Numbered from the whole stretch's first letter, positions 33,326-48,359 are shown. The stretch: 63,750 nt of DNA, filler included, from Squatina squatina (GCA_031763465.1; 3 parts of 3 records of this genome joined end to end with filler, not necessarily neighbours in it); one strand, 5' to 3'. Notes: generated by a model from the sequence alone, not told the origin. Made by a program: numbers and translations.

Positions 33326-35039
33326 CGTCCAGTAGAGGAAAGAAGAGCAATATTTTTCTGCTGATTCTAACTACTGTCAATCCTAGAGTTGAATCACCCA
33401 TATACCATTTGGCTCAGTTGTGCTTTTCTATAAAAATATTTTAAATTGGGTGGAGTTAGACTTCTACATCCTTGGGTAAGCTAAGCCTGTGAATACAAAT
33501 TCAATGCCACATCTTCTTGGAATTGTGATTAATAGCTATGTCTATATTATCAAACTTTCTGAATCACTGTTAATGAAGCATGCATTAAACTGGGAAATGC
33601 ATTACTGTTAATTGCTGAATGTNNNNNNNNNNNNNNNNNNNNNNNNNNNNNNNNNNNNNNNNNNNNNNNNNNNNNNNNNNNNNNNNNNNNNNNNNNNNNN
33701 NNNNNNNNNNNNNNNNNNNNNNNNNNNNNNNNNNNNNNNNNNNNNNNNNNNNNNNNNNNNNNNNNNNNNNNNNNNNNNNNNNNNNNNNNNNNNNNNNNNN
33801 NNNNNNNNNNNNNNNNNNNNNNNNNNNNNNNNNNNNNNNNNNNNNNNNNNNNNNNNNNNNNNNNNNNNNNNNNNNNNNNNNNNNNNNNNNNNNNNNNNNN
33901 NNNNNNNNNNNNNNNNNNNNNNNNNNNNNNNNNNNNNNNNNNNNNNNNNNNNNNNNNNNNNNNNNNNNNNNNNNNNNNNNNNNNNNNNNNNNNNNNNNNN
34001 NNNNNNNNNNNNNNNNNNNNNNNNNNNNNNNNNNNNNNNNNNNNNNNNNNNNNNNNNNNNNNNNNNNNNNNNNNNNNNNNNNNNNNNNNNNNNNNNNNNN
34101 NNNNNNNNNNNNNNNNNNNNNNNNNNNNNNNNNNNNNNNNNNNNNNNNNNNNNNNNNNNNNNNNNNNNNNNNNNNNNNNNNNNNNNNNNNNNNNNNNNNN
34201 NNNNNNNNNNNNNNNNNNNNNNNNNNNNNNNNNNNNNNNNNNNNNNNNNNNNNNNNNNNNNNNNTATCATGTCTTGGAAAATGCCTTATGTATCTGAATG
34301 TTACGAACACAGTTGGCTTGATCGACAAGGGAAAAATGTTTTAGCATTGAGCTAAATGCATGCCACAGTGGCTGCTCCTCCCAGGAGAGTTCCCTCGGAA
34401 AAATAAAAATTGGGAAAAGACGTAATGGTCCGTGTGCTCGAGGCTAAAAACGAATGACAGCACATGATCTTGTTATAAATGCTCAAGTAGTTTTTTGCAT
34501 GGGAATTGTTCCAATTTCAGAAACTCTGGTTAAGTGGGTGGAAGCTCTCAGCTCTGTGATAAAGGTGCTTGACAGAATTTAAAACCATCCGACTCTAAAC
34601 GTTTCACTGGAGCCTTGCAAAGAAGCGGGAGGGAATTTCAAGTGTTGTTGTTCATTAGTGAACAGTTGAGCAGAAGCTGAGCTTCCAGTGGTTTTTTGGC
34701 ATTCACTAAGTTGTGTTAGGGGCCAAGGCATTTCAACATTGAAAACAGCACAGCAAACATTATGATGCAAGATCCAATTCATATTTATTGCATGTATAGA
34801 CGGCTGGGGAGATGAGGAAAAGAGGTTTTGTTTCCTTAAAACTGGAACATTTTAATCTGAATCGTCAGCCAAAGCAACAAGCCGCAGCCAAGGGGCCACA
34901 TGCAGCCTTGAAGCCTGGACAACTCAGACATATTTGCATTTATATTTGTATTTCTTATTTGTTTGAAATTCGTGGACCTGGAGGCTTGGAAAGGGCTGCT
35001 TATAACACTGCTTGCCTCATTGGTGAACACATCAGAAAG

Positions 35040-35246
35040 GAAGAAAGAAAGACTTGCATTTCTATAACGCCATCCACGGCCACCGATCACCCCAAAAGGC
35101 TTTACAGCCAATGAAGTACTTTTGGAGCGTAGTCACTGTTGTAATGTGGGAAATGCAGCAGCCAATTTGCGCACAGCAAGCTCCCACAAACAGCACTGTG
35201 ATCATGACCAGATAATCTGTTTTAATATTGATTGAGGGATAAATAT
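35040..35246 (-). mobile_element. DeuSINE 3' half
   Basis: gaaagacttgcatt..gccaatttgcgcacagcaag..ccagataatctg..gagggataaatat. Confidence 0.85.
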
Positions 35247-35999
35247 NNNNNNNNNNNNNNNNNNNNNNNNNNNNNNNNNNNNNNNNNNNNNNNNNNNNNN
35301 NNNNNNNNNNNNNNNNNNNNNNNNNNNNNNNNNNNNNNNNNNNNNNTGGCTGTGCAGGAATGAGAAATCTGGATGCACTGTGCTTCCAATGCAAGCCTGG
35401 AGGTCCTGCAAATGCACAGCACGGATTGCTTTCGCGTTGAATCATTTATAGCTGGCATCAGGAGAACTTCTGGTTTGGCTGTTGTTCTTTAGAACTGCAC
35501 TAAGTGTGATAATAAGGCAGCTCCAACCACCGTACCTGCTGCAAGGGCCTGTGATAATGTTTAATCGGCATGTTGCTCATTCATAATTCAGAAAATCACA
35601 TTTTTGGCGTGAGTTATGCAATAGACCACAATGAATAAATAAATAATNNNNNNNNNNCAAAGGCATTTCTTTCAATTACCTATTGGAATATTAATAATTG
35701 ATTTCCATTCATATCAAAAAATAAACAAAACCTGGATGCTTGCTGCTCATTCGAGATCTCTGAGGCAATTATATGAGCACCTTTGATGCTATATTGAGGT
35801 GTACAGGTGTTTAGCAATCAAATAGAAACAGCGGTATAATTGATGATTAATACCCGTGAATAATAATGGCAGGTCGTCCAAGGTTTGAAAACAACTTGCG
35901 CTGGAACATGTTGTATTGTGTTATTTCCCCCCGACCCCGCAATCTCTCCTGAAGCTGAAGAGGAGAAAAGGAAGGGAGAAAGGAAGGAAAAAGAACGAA

Positions 36000-36225
36000 A
36001 GCTTGTATTTATATAATGCCTTTCATGAACTCAGGATGACTCAAAGCTCTTTATAACCAATTTACATTTGAAGTGTAGTCAGTGTTGTATTGTAGAGAAA
36101 TGTAACAGCCAATTTGCGCATTGCAAGGTCCCACAAACAGCAATTTGGCAGTGACTAGATAATCTGATTTAGTGACATTGCCAGGACAATGGGGAGAACT
36201 CCCCCTCCTCGTCTTCAAAATGTGG
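36000..36225 (-). mobile_element. DeuSINE 3' half
   Basis: Same motifs as 35040-35246. Confidence 0.8.
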
Positions 36226-36325
36226 NNNNNNNNNNNNNNNNNNNNNNNNNNNNNNNNNNNNNNNNNNNNNNNNNNNNNNNNNNNNNNNNNNNNNNNNNNN
36301 NNNNNNNNNNNNNNNNNNNNNNNNN

Positions 36326-36612
36326 CCTCCGAAACCCACTACCTCTACCATCTAGAAAACAAGGGCAGCAGGTGCATGGGAACACTACCACCTCCGAATT
36401 TCCCTCCAAGTCACACACCATCCTGACTTGTAAATATATCAGTTGTTTCTTCATCGTTGCAAGGTCAAAATCCTGGCACACCCTCCCTAACAGCGCTGTG
36501 GGAGTTCCTTCACCACACGGGCTGCAGTGATTCAAGAAAAGGGCCCACCACCAACTTCTCAATAACTGCTGGCCATGCCAATAATGCGCACATCCCAAAA
36601 ATGAATTTTAAA
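36326..36612 (+). mobile_element. CR1-like LINE 3' end (second family)
   Basis: FIVARSKSWHTLPNSAVG motif; homologous minus-strand copy at 42012-42285. Confidence 0.7.
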
Positions 36613-37880
36613 GAAACAGAGGAAGGAAGAGAACGATACACAGGAACACGGTATTAATCAGCTCAGTCAGGCCTCATTGAAAAATAAATGCTGCAGACCA
36701 ATTAATTGAAGGAATGAACTCTTAGATATTTACCTTTTGCTCTCTTAATTTGACATATTATGCAAAATGGATGCAGTTGTGCTTGTAATATTTAATAATC
36801 TGAAATGCAGCCAAATGCAATATTAAACTGGAACTATCTTTTGGCAGAATGTAAAATTCTTCACTAATGACTGCATGTCCTATTTTTAGAGATCCTATTA
36901 TTCTAATGTCTAGACCTGGCTTCACAGTTCTGAATGATAAGACTAACGTATCACGGAAGCCATGGTAACGAACCAGACCCTCAGTTTCTACAAATAGGCA
37001 GCACCTCCCACAGTTAATGTGAACACAATTAAGCGTGATCAGTGTCTGTCCTCACTTCGAATTGATGGGTAAAAAAAATTNNNNNNNNNNNNNNNNNNNN
37101 NNNNNNNNNNNNNNNNNNNNNNNNNNNNNNNNNNNNNNNNNNNNNNNNNNNNNNNNNNNNNNNNNNNNNNNNNNNNNNNNGAGAAGGAGAAAGCTATCAT
37201 CACAGGAAGCTGTGTACAGGCAATTAATAAACGCTGGGATTGTTCTGGAGCCGGGTGCCAATTGCTTTCTGGGGTGGGGTCAAAGGTCGTCAGTAAGCTC
37301 ATTCGTTGTACTTAACCTCATCTGTTACCATGTCATCACCTATTTGTTTAAGTAATCCTAGCTACTGAAGTTTACTTGTTGCTATGCAGTATTCTCCATA
37401 GCCTTATTGGAAATATTTTTTTGATGACTTTTCCATTCTCTCCAACTTTTATCGTGATGTTTATGTAGATGTTATGAATTTTGTTCCCAAGGCAACAGGC
37501 ATCATTGCTATTCAACAAAAAATATATATTTTTCAACATATTTCCACATGTAACGTGAAGAAAGGAAATACCTTCCATCTCACATTGGGGGAATTGCTGA
37601 CCTATAACCAGTTGCTGTCATTGGGAAGGTTTTTTTTTGTTTAAACTGAACTAAAGGAGTGAAGAATATTTCTAGCTTTGGTTCCCTGTTGTGGTAGATA
37701 ACATCACTTTACCAAAACTCAAGTGGATCGTTGACATCATGGATCCACGGAGGAATGAAACACTCAAGAAGCTGAATCATTAAATGGAATCCTATTTCCT
37801 GAAACCTCTACCAGGATATGAGGACGTAACCAGTGTTGACAAGTGATGAAGCAGAAGGCATGATGGATCCATCCAACAAT

Positions 37881-38093
37881 CACAACTTGTATTTATATAG
37901 CGCCTTTAATGTAGTGAAACATCCCAAGGCACTTCACTGAACTTTTTTGAGACAAAAATTTGACACAGGAGAAATTAGGGCTGATGAAAGAAGTAGGTTT
38001 TAAGGAGCATCTTAAAGGAGGAAAGAGAAGTAGAGAGGTGGAGAGGTTTAGGGAGGGAATTTCAGAGCTTAGGGCCTAGGCAACTGAAGGCAT
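37881..38093 (-). mobile_element. L2-clade LINE 3' end
   Basis: Matches 30325-30560. Confidence 0.75.
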
Positions 38094-38149
38094 TGTACTG
38101 AATCCGTGGTGCTAAGATATTTGGTTAGAGCTGCCCCAATGGTTTAGGG

Positions 38150-38327
38150 GGTATACACAGTGCTTGGTGCAACACTCAACTATAAGGACCAAGAACGTCC
38201 CAGATTCCAGGTTGCAGGGATGAGGGGTTACAGTTACGTGTTTAGACTGGAGAAGCTGGGATTGTTCTCCTTAGAGTAGAGAAGACTAAGAGGAGATTTG
38301 TTAGAGGTGTTTAAAATCATGAAAGGG
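38150..38327 (+). mobile_element. CR1 LINE fragment
   Basis: RLEKLGLFSLE*RRLRGDLLEVFKIMKG. Confidence 0.85.
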
Positions 38328-41300
38328 NNNNNNNNNNNNNNNNNNNNNNNNNNNNNNNNNNNNNNNNNNNNNNNNNNNNNNNNNNNNNNNNNNNNNNNNN
38401 NNNNNNNNNNNNNNNNNNNNNNNNNNNTTAACATAGCTGTATAGTCAGTGTACTGTTGTCACTAAATTCAGTCACCTAATTGTCTTATTACAATGGAAGT
38501 TTTTCTGGTTGTATTTTCTTTGACATATAATTGTGAAAACTAGCTACTGTGCACATGCAATTTAAAAACATCGTGAAATGGATTTGGAAAAAGTCAGCCA
38601 TGGAATACACAAATATATATATATAAACAGTGATTATTGAATATTTGGGATAGACGACTATCAACATAGTGATGTATATGAGGGCAGATTGACATGGAAA
38701 TAAAAGTAGATGTATGTTAAATAGACGAGGCTATTGACTGGGTGAAAGGAATACATTGGAAAATCAAGCTGGTGGTGGATGAGCAAATGGGCAGAGAAGT
38801 GTACAATGGTAATGGTAACAGATACATTGAGAAATCGGCAGATGGGCAGGTATATAGAGAGCAGTCGACAAAGAGTACATGAGTAGGAGATCACCAAAAA
38901 ACATTTATAAAATTCTATATAAATCAACACACATTATGACAAACTCCTTCAGAAATAGAAAAGACTTAACATAAAATTATTCAACAACACACCTGATGAC
39001 TGAACGTCGCCAAAAACAAAACTCCACGGCAACATTTTAAAACATTCCAGAGACAAAATGGGATTTTGGGTTCCAATAGATACCAACCAATGAGGAACAT
39101 AGTAATGGTCTGTAACACACTTTCCTTCACACCTGTGATTATGTTCCAGACCATGTTTCCCTAAAGCCAAATCTATTGAGCAAGCACAAACTGGATAATC
39201 TGAGGATAATAATCGTACATACCTGATGTGGAGCTCTTACAGAATTGAGTCATTATAATGTCAAGATGTGCATCAGGCAGGTAATTTAATATTTCCTGGT
39301 GCACTAACTGACTTGCGGCATAATTTAAGATGAAGAGAGGGGCCTTTTGAATTTGTAAATGCCATAAATGTAGTCTCTGTGGCTGGCCTACTGATGAGGA
39401 TTGAACAATAAGCACCTTACACAAGGCAAATTTGTGATGGTAGCTACACACATCCTTGCAGACTGATGGAACCAGATAGATCTGATCCTAAGCTTCTGAG
39501 TATTCAAAATTGACCTTGTACTGACTGACTCATAACATGTGCAGGCTCAGTGATAGTAAGGGAATCTCTAAGAATTCAAAACACTGGATTAAAGGTCAAA
39601 TAAGTCACTTGTTTAAGATAAGTTGATATTTGGACCCAATCAGCAATCTGAATTGATACATAGGCATTAGATTGTGGTCCATTCCCAAGTCTTTTCCTGG
39701 TTATCAGTTTCCTTAAACCTGTTTCCATTATCACCAGTTTGTTCCAGTCCTTGCTAACATTGTAGCAGAAAAACATTGCAAGTAGCTGCTTATCAAAGCA
39801 GGTTGATTTTGAATAAATCCTTCCTGCAGAAATAAGCACTAAAAATAAGCTGCGGAAGACGGCGCTTAAAAAAAACTCATCTGAGCAAACTACAAAAACA
39901 TATTTTTAAAAATTCTCTGTTTTCAGTACTTTAAGTTTGATTTTTGTTTTGCAACTGTCTCACAGGAAAGGGTGTTCATCCTTCACTCCCAGCCGATTAG
40001 TCATGCTAAATCTGTGATGTCATCAGAAGAAACCACTGGAAGGAACAATCAACATGAGGGAGTGACAGCCACTAGAAATATAAAAGGATGCTTTTTTGGG
40101 GGAGGGATTTTTGGCATTTAATATTCAATACCAATCTGGGATAGTTTCACGGTCACATAATAATCAGACTGAATCATTACCTCTGTAATCTTTAACGTCA
40201 CACACTCTAATTACTATTTGAACTTCAATAACAATCAACTGATGTGAATATCTAGTAGTGACCTTTCACCTCAAGCCCAATCCTGAGCAAATTTCTCTCT
40301 TGTAGGTGCTGACTCTGCAACTAGCAATCCTTCGGTATCCTACTCAAATGGTCATTCTTCACAGGTAACGAGTGTGAGCAGGGTATTCACCCGTTGAGCC
40401 AATTATGACCTCATCTGAAATTCACTATCCAAAAAAGGCCACTGGGAAACAATTAGGAGCAGGAGCCATCTCTGATTTCCTTTATCTGCATCTGACCATC
40501 CATACCCCATCTGGGGCAAAGGCCATTTGTACAGTCCCAGCTGTTTACTTTAAGTAGGACACACTTAAGAAGGTGATCTAATTGTGATTGTTAAAATGAT
40601 AAAGGAATTTGATAAGGTAGATACAGAGAAACTATTTGCTCTGGTGGGGGAAATCAAGAATGAAGGGACATAATCTTAAAATTATTGCTTGGCCATTCAG
40701 TGGCCCAGGAGATTCATCTTCCAATCTGGAGGTTCAGAGCAGCATGAATTACAAAATCATCCACCTCAAAAAACCACAACATCTTCATAACAGATGATAC
40801 TAGGAAGAGCATGTTGAACAGGCAGCCTTCCTTACATTGGTAACCTATTTTCCAACAATAATCGGTCTCCAGAGCTTCAAATTGGAGGTTTCTGAATCCC
40901 AATATAAATATAGGAGGGAAATGGAAACTGTTGTGTCTTTCTTTCAAGTCAGATTTCACCCATTACTAATAATTAATGAGGGGAAGATGAAAAAGACTTA
41001 AGGAAATGTAAAATTCCACTTGTATGTCAGAAGTAATAAATCATAGCCTCTCCACCTTCAATGCTGATTGTCTTGCTTCCAAGTGTTGAGTATATATAAA
41101 GAAGTCAGTTTACGATCCACCTGTACTGAAGGGGTCTTCTTTTACTCATACTATAGACACAGGAGCTGACTTTGAGACATTATTGTTTATATGGTGTCAG
41201 ACACCATTGATTTGTTACCCCTTCCCCAGTGTGTCTCCAAGTTTATTTCCATTAACCTTGCTGCATCTGCTATGTGGTGACATTGCCGAGCAACCCAGGA

Positions 41301-42011
41301 ACTATAGCACAACAGAAGACTTTTCTGCTCCAGCAAAAGCGCAAAAGGCCTGTATGTATCTGAATAATTCTCTGCATGGGCTGATTAGGAGCCAGTGAAA
41401 ACAAAGGTCTCAAGCTGTGATCTAAGCACTTCTCGTATAATGATGATTATCAATCATCTTGTGCTTTTCTCAGCAGTCCAGACACTATGCAGTCTGTAAT
41501 CAGTGCAGTACTTCAACACTGAGTAACGAGTTTCATCCAGCCTACTTGTCTCCCTCAATAACCCACAGAGCTATTTGTGGGGTAATGGTTTTGATCAGGG
41601 CAGAGGGCTAAGGGGAGAAAAAAACAGCCAGAGATCCCACTTATGGTAATTGACTGGAGTTGATTGGTAATTGGTTTGTTGGACCTAATGGCTGTGTCCT
41701 GTTCCTAAGAATTTTTATGCTCTTTCCTGATTAAGCTAAACTCGAACAATTTAGATTCAATCTAAAAGTTTAAAAAAATGAAGGTGTGAAATATTTAAAA
41801 CAATAAACATAAAAGGGCCGATTCCTTAATGTTGCACTCAGGAAGTGATCCCTCACAGCCAATGTGGAATCTAGATCGTTTTGCTATTTTAAACACCTAA
41901 AATTGAATGCAGTAGGAAAATAGGTAAATGCCACCCTTTCCACTTCCTTGTCTCTTGATTTTGGAGCTTATTGGACACAACATTTATTTTTTATTCACGA
42001 CTGAGTTGTGT

Positions 42012-42285
42012 TATACGAGAGATTGCCCGTCCCTAATTGCACTTGAAAAGGTGTTGATGAGTCTACTTCTTGAACAGCTGCAGTCGTACGGTGAAGGTAC
42101 TCCCACAGTGCTGTCGGGGAGGGAGTTCCAGGATCCTGACCCAGCGACGATGAAGGAACGGCGATATATGTCCAAGTTGAGACGGTGTGTGACTTGGAGG
42201 AGAACTTGATGGGTTCCCATGTACCTGCTGTCCTTGTCCTTGTCCTTCTTGGTGGTGGAGGTCATGGGTTTGGGAGGTGCTGTCA
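42012..42285 (-). mobile_element. CR1-like LINE 3' end (second family)
   Basis: RSFIVAGSGSWNSLPDSTVG on the minus strand. Confidence 0.7.
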
Positions 42286-42594
42286 AATCAACTATCTGCA
42301 CTACCTTGTTGCTGGCTGACTTAGATGAAAGTGAAGGTAAGCAGAAGGCTGCACCAGCATAGGGTATTCTAGGCTGTCTCCCAACTAAATGCCACAGGCT
42401 TCACTCGTCTTTGCTGAAACTATCAAGACGTTGTGAAGATTTGAGTGTCCTGAAACAATTACAGCTGCTGAAAATAACGGGGGCCGAAATTCCCNNNNNN
42501 NNNNNNNNNNNNNNNNNNNNNNNNNNNNNNNNNNNNNNNNNNNNNNNNNNNNNNNNNNNNNNNNNNNNNNNNNNNNNNNNNNNNNNNNNNNNNN

Positions 42595-42663
42595 AACGTT
42601 GACTCTGTTTTTCTCTCCACAGATGCTGCCTGACCTGCTGAGTTTTTCCAGCAATTTTTGTTT
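42595..42663 (+). mobile_element. Partial copy of the Penelope-related element at 22213
   Basis: aacgttgactctgtttttctctccacagatgctgcctgacctgctgagt. Confidence 0.7.
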
Positions 42664-43265
42664 GTAAGGTAACAAGCATGGTGCCTGTGGAACTGAACTA
42701 CAGCAAGTCAGTGCCTCAAGAAAAGAATGATGAAAATTGGAGTGGAAATGTCTTTTAAAAACGTTAAGGCATCACAAAAGCTACAGACTGAGAAATGAGA
42801 TGCTGGAAAATGTAGCAAGTGCTATAGTTAATACTATTGTATTTAGAAATGCATGGATATTTAATGCCCATAATATTTAGGTAATTACCTGATTGTGTGT
42901 GTCTGACCCTTGCTGACCCAGATAGATTATAGAGCCTTTTGTTGGGTAAATTATTATGGAGATTTGATTTGATGAGATGAGATTGGTTTAGTAATTTCTT
43001 AGCAAATAACACAGTACATGTTGTACCAACCAAGAAGGTGAAACAAACATGGAGATAAAGTAATGGCAGCATTTACACTGACTTAAAATAGGAACTTATA
43101 GGAACCTATAAAACTGTTGTCCCACAAGCTACATGCATGTTGTCACAGAGTCTGTCCTGTAAAGGATCAAAAATAAAGGAGCTCATTCTGAAGATCTAAA
43201 TTTCAGTTTAGTAGACACTAATAGTACTATTTTTCATTTTTCTTACTATTCTATTTTGAATAAAG

Positions 43266-43348
43266 AAGGAGCAGAAGGAACTCCGACACCATCAACAGAA
43301 GTACCCCCTGAATCAACAGAGAGCCCAGAGCTGAAAGATGCGTCGTAA
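43266..43348 (+). other. Candidate terminal coding exon of an unidentified gene, followed by 3'UTR-like sequence
   Basis: Long pyrimidine tract, then taaag|AA GGA.. frame (E)GAEGTPTPSTEVPPESTESPELKDAS*; AATAAA at ~43388, ~43522 and ~44187. Confidence 0.4.
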
Positions 43349-46336
43349 CATGTCGAGGGAGGACCTTTACACTAAAGACTGTGTGTCAATAAAGCTTTAA
43401 ATCAAGTGACCTGAAAATCATCAGGATTCCTTGGCGCTATGTGTCAAGTTCACCTCTGAGCCTGGCGGGTCAAAAGGGAAGGAAAGGTGTGGAGAAAATT
43501 TACAGAACTGAACAATCTAAAATAAATAAATAAATCAACATTATGGCTTGGACAGGAAGCCTGGAAGACTATCGAGATGAAAATCAAATCGAGAAGTAAA
43601 TCTTCAAGCCTAACATTTAATGAACTATCACATGGATTAAGCCCTAGAGGATGATGGGAAAGATAGTTTTACAGTTTAATTGCCAGCTGTCAGTCACTGA
43701 CCGCTCTGGTGCAAGTTTTTTTTTTCTCTCCATGTAAACCTTTATAGTCTGTCAAAGCAGCAAAGATAACCACATGATAACAGAAGCATTGCTATATGTA
43801 TATCAGCCTGTTTTAAATTCACAATCCAATTTAAGGACTTTTTCTGACTTTAAGCCACTGAAAATATTATTTTAAAAGACCGTGTCTAACTAATGTCAAC
43901 GTTTTGCCTTCATCCTTAAAATAGCCCATTTTGTATGCTTGTGTTTTAGTTAATTTGAAACATCTGAGGTTTTCAGTTTAAAAGCAACAACTTCATTGGG
44001 GCAAAATTGTGCTAATTGTATGAAATTCTTCTATCTGCTATTTTATCAGTGTTGTCAAGCCTCGCTATTTGATATTAAAGGGAAGCTGATAAATTAAACC
44101 TTCAAAAATTCTAATAGTCCCTTGAAAATCGCAGTTTGCATGAAGATTACAAACTTTTTGTAGCAACCAGAATAATATTCTGAAGGAATAAAAGTAGAGC
44201 CTAAATCTTCAAGATTGAAATTGATCAGATGTGCATATAGTAATTGGCTACTGGTGAAAGTTACATTTGTGCACCAATTACCTCCTTCAGTTGGCTTGAA
44301 TCCTTACCCGTTAGATTATCCACAATTTTATGTTAGCAGTTGTATTTCTATATTGCCTATCATATCAAATATCTCAGAATGTTTTACCAAGGCAGAAGAN
44401 NNNNNNNNNNNNNNNNNNNNNNNNNNNNNNNNNNNNNNNNNNNNNNNNNNNNNNNNNNNNNNNNNNNNNNNNNNNNNNNNNNNNNNNNNNNNNNNNNNNC
44501 TGACCATCTTGCTGCCATGGCTCAGTAATGGCTACCATGTCATACCCTCCAATTTGAATTTGTGTCTGCAGTTCATTCAATTTATTCATTTTACTCCATG
44601 TGTTTGTATTATTTTGTTACTTGTTAGCTAAATACTGCAGTTTATACAGCCCTCCACTGCTTGTCGTTTAGTTAATATGGCATTACACCACCATAAGCTT
44701 AATCAATGGTACTTCCCTCGATCAACAATTTAAAAATAGCTTTCAGCCCAGTATTTGAGGAGATGTATAGTTCTTATAGAGCTACCAACACCATGGAAAT
44801 GTTAGCGGTGAGATTTATGAACAAAAAAAGTGAGACAGATGATAAGCCCACAAACACATGAGTTATGTTTATTTTTAGGAGTGAAATACATCAAAGTAGG
44901 CTCAATTTCTAAATGAAAAATGAATGAATCTGGTTTCAACTGAGTAAGAGTTTTCTAATACTGCTCCAACAGTAAGACTGCTATTGGCAGTGGAAGCTTT
45001 AATTAAGCTCCAACTTTGCTTCATATTCCAGCCTTTCACAGCTCTGAATCTGGCTAAGAATACTTTGAAGCTGTGAATGTTCACATTGACACTGAAGTGA
45101 CCTGAAACTTACCAGACTGGGTTAACTTTCTGCAGTGTTTTCAGATCATGTTCCTCTCTTGGAAAGCATGCTGGAACAGGAAATGATGAAATGAGTTGCA
45201 TATATCAAAAAATTGTGACATACACATATGATAGGTTTGCAATAATGGAATTTCATGGAAATATCCCAGCTGGGTATATCTAAAGATTCTGGATAATTTA
45301 CAATAGAGATTTTGAACAGACTCCACCTCTCAGAATATGTAAAAATTTTAAAGGCTGTTTGTTTTGATGTTTATACCCAAAAGGAGTAATGCCTTTAAAT
45401 AGGTTGTAACTCCCAAGCATTAGGAATTTAATTTTGGGTTGTAGATTTAAAACCCTATGAGAATGGAGATGGCTGGGAAGTTAACAATACTACACACTAA
45501 ATAAAAGGTAATAACTCATGCTGTAGAGCCAGCGCACTCCTCGGTGTCAACTCCTGTACATTGTAAATTGGGTAGGTTGTGCCTATCGTAACAGGGGAGC
45601 TGATAGTTTAGAGTAGAACAACCTACGTTAAGTACTGCTGGTGCTTCTATCATCTGTCCGGTATCTCAAATGCATATGAATGATGAATATATATTGTACA
45701 AATTGTATATGAATCTTGAANNNNNNNNNNNNNNNNNNNNNNNNNNNNNNNNNNNNNNNNNNNNNNNNNNNNNNNNNNNNNNNNNNNNNNNNNNNNNNNN
45801 NNNNNNNNNNNNNNNNNNNNTGAAGTTTGTGGGGGGGGGGTGGGGTTTGCGAAAGTCCAGCTTACTACACAAATTAACATTTGGCTAATAGTGTGTGTAT
45901 AATAATGAATATACAGTCTAAAGTTGGCTGGGGGTCATGTGGCAGTATTCTGATGCAGGCAAGTTGTTAGCAAGGCTCAGTTGTGATGCCCATTTAAGAA
46001 ATAATAGTGTAACTGACCTGTTAAAACTTGTTTGACCTGACCACTTGCATTGAATGAGATTTGCAGTGCATTAACTAATGATTACAAGGCAGTGATCTAA
46101 GATTTCACCTAATGCCTTCAATTAGATCAGTAGAGTAATCCCAAAAAGGAAACTAGAAGTTAAAATTGTGTGTTTGTGTGTGTATTTTATATTTAGTGAG
46201 GGCAGTTTTTTCTCCCCACTTCCTGTCCATTTATTTTATTAGCTAGAAGTGACTTGATGGACAGCTGTGCCCTGTGTTCTTGTAGTTGATGTAGTAATTG
46301 GTTCAGTTGGTCAAGGAATAATCTGCAACTGTCTGA

Positions 46337-46594
<258 letters not shown>

Positions 46595-47824
46595 TAAGTT
46601 ACATTTGAAAACTTTAGTCACTATACCCTGGGCCAACAGTTCCTTTTGTACTTGTCAGGTTTACGTTAATCTTCCCTTTCTTTATCTTCTACGCTAAACT
46701 TTCTCCATCATTGGTGATAACACAAGCAAACACAGATTGGAAATTCCATGTGAATCTAATTCTAACAATCACTGAAAATCTTGCTGCACTTGACAGCAGT
46801 ATTTGACTTTATTACTTTTCAGAATTCATGTTCTGCGAACCATTCTTGCAGCTTTACTGAGAACAGTAAAAATTAAGCATTGAATTTTTTAGTTAACAAA
46901 TTATGACNNNNNNNNNNNNNNNNNNNNNNNNNNNNNNNNNNNNNNNNNNNNNNNNNNNNNNNNNNNNNNNNNNNNNNNNNNNNNNNNNNNNNNNNNNNNN
47001 NNNNNNNTTACGAGCTTCTGAGCAAAGTATTGGATGGAATTTTGGCCTTGTTATTGCCAATGGGAGAATTTTTTTGTTGTAAAAAGTGGCTCCAAGAATG
47101 AACTTTTATTTTGCTTTCAATTTTTCTACATGAATGTACCGGCAGTTCACTGTTGATTTATCTTTCGCGCAAACCATTTCCAAAAGCAATTAAGGGCAGA
47201 TGATGAGAAATGTTACATTAAATTCCTTCCCTTGCTGTTTGCTGACTCTGTCTGATGGCCCCTGGTAATATTAGTCCACACACACAATGCCAAATACTGC
47301 CTTTAGACACTACATTTGGCAGATACGCAAGGCAATATTGAAGAGAGCTGACATGCCTGCCTCTGGGGATTCTGCAGAAGCTCATGTGAATCTCTACTTA
47401 TCTTACACTTAATTGTGGCACTGTAAGTGGAACCATTGTATTTAAGCTGCTTTGATATTTTAGGTATAACTAATGAATGGGTGAATAAGTCTATGTTTCA
47501 GTGCACTTAGCAAATGATTATCTGCTTCAGTGGTTTGTCTTTTATGTTGATTTTTTTTCCTGATCTGGCCTTTGTGCTTGTCAAAGTGCAAAAATGATTA
47601 TGTGGGGGTATTAAAACAATTCCAATTCATACACAGTGACAGTTGTGGAGCCACAGTTCAGGTACTGTCCTGACACAGTTGCACATATAATGATGCATCC
47701 AAACCATCTTCAGTGGTACAGCAGCTTCTGTAGCAGTGTGAAAGCTCAGTATTGTACACCTATTGGTGTTAATTCATGTGTGATTTAATATGTTAACTTG
47801 TCTTCCTTGACAATTAGACTCACA

Positions 47825-48359
47825 GGGGGAGAAATTCGGCAGCGGGCTGTTTTGAAAGTTTGAAAATTTAGTGCAGGCGCTAATGATTTCAAACCTTTTT
47901 AAAAAATTGGCATTTGTGGGGTGCTAAAGCAAGCGCTCCACTTCCTTCCTGGAGCGCAATCAGAGCAGGCGGGGCACTGAGTTCAGCAGCACTGCACACT
48001 GGGCCGAGCCGTGCTGCCGTGTTGAAAGGCTCCTTCCTTCCCTGAAAGGGAAGGGCCATCGCTGCAGGCTCTGCGAAGGAAAAACAACTTACCTTCTCCA
48101 GGACGGCAGCCGTGATCCCGCACGATCAGGTTGATCGCGGGCAGGAAGCCGCCAAAAAACCTGACCTCGGCCACATTGCCGTGAAGCATTGCCCCTGAAG
48201 TGGCCGGCTGCCCGATGCATGTCTCCGGGTGCTGTTGGTGTTTTCGCCCGGCGCTGAAGCGGCGGGGGGAGCGGACGGAACGCAATTTCGGGTCCGGAGC
48301 GTTACCAGGGTGATCCGCACGGAAATGACGTCACGATCTCCAGGCGAAGGAGATTGGGG
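47825..48359. mobile_element. GC-rich interspersed repeat (probable non-autonomous DNA element)
   Basis: Starts gggggagaaattcgg, similar to termini at ~55824 and ~42480; CpG-rich with no convincing ORF. Confidence 0.45.

Noticed and set aside
33585-34355. Long ORFs in the track
   Set aside because: Almost entirely N.
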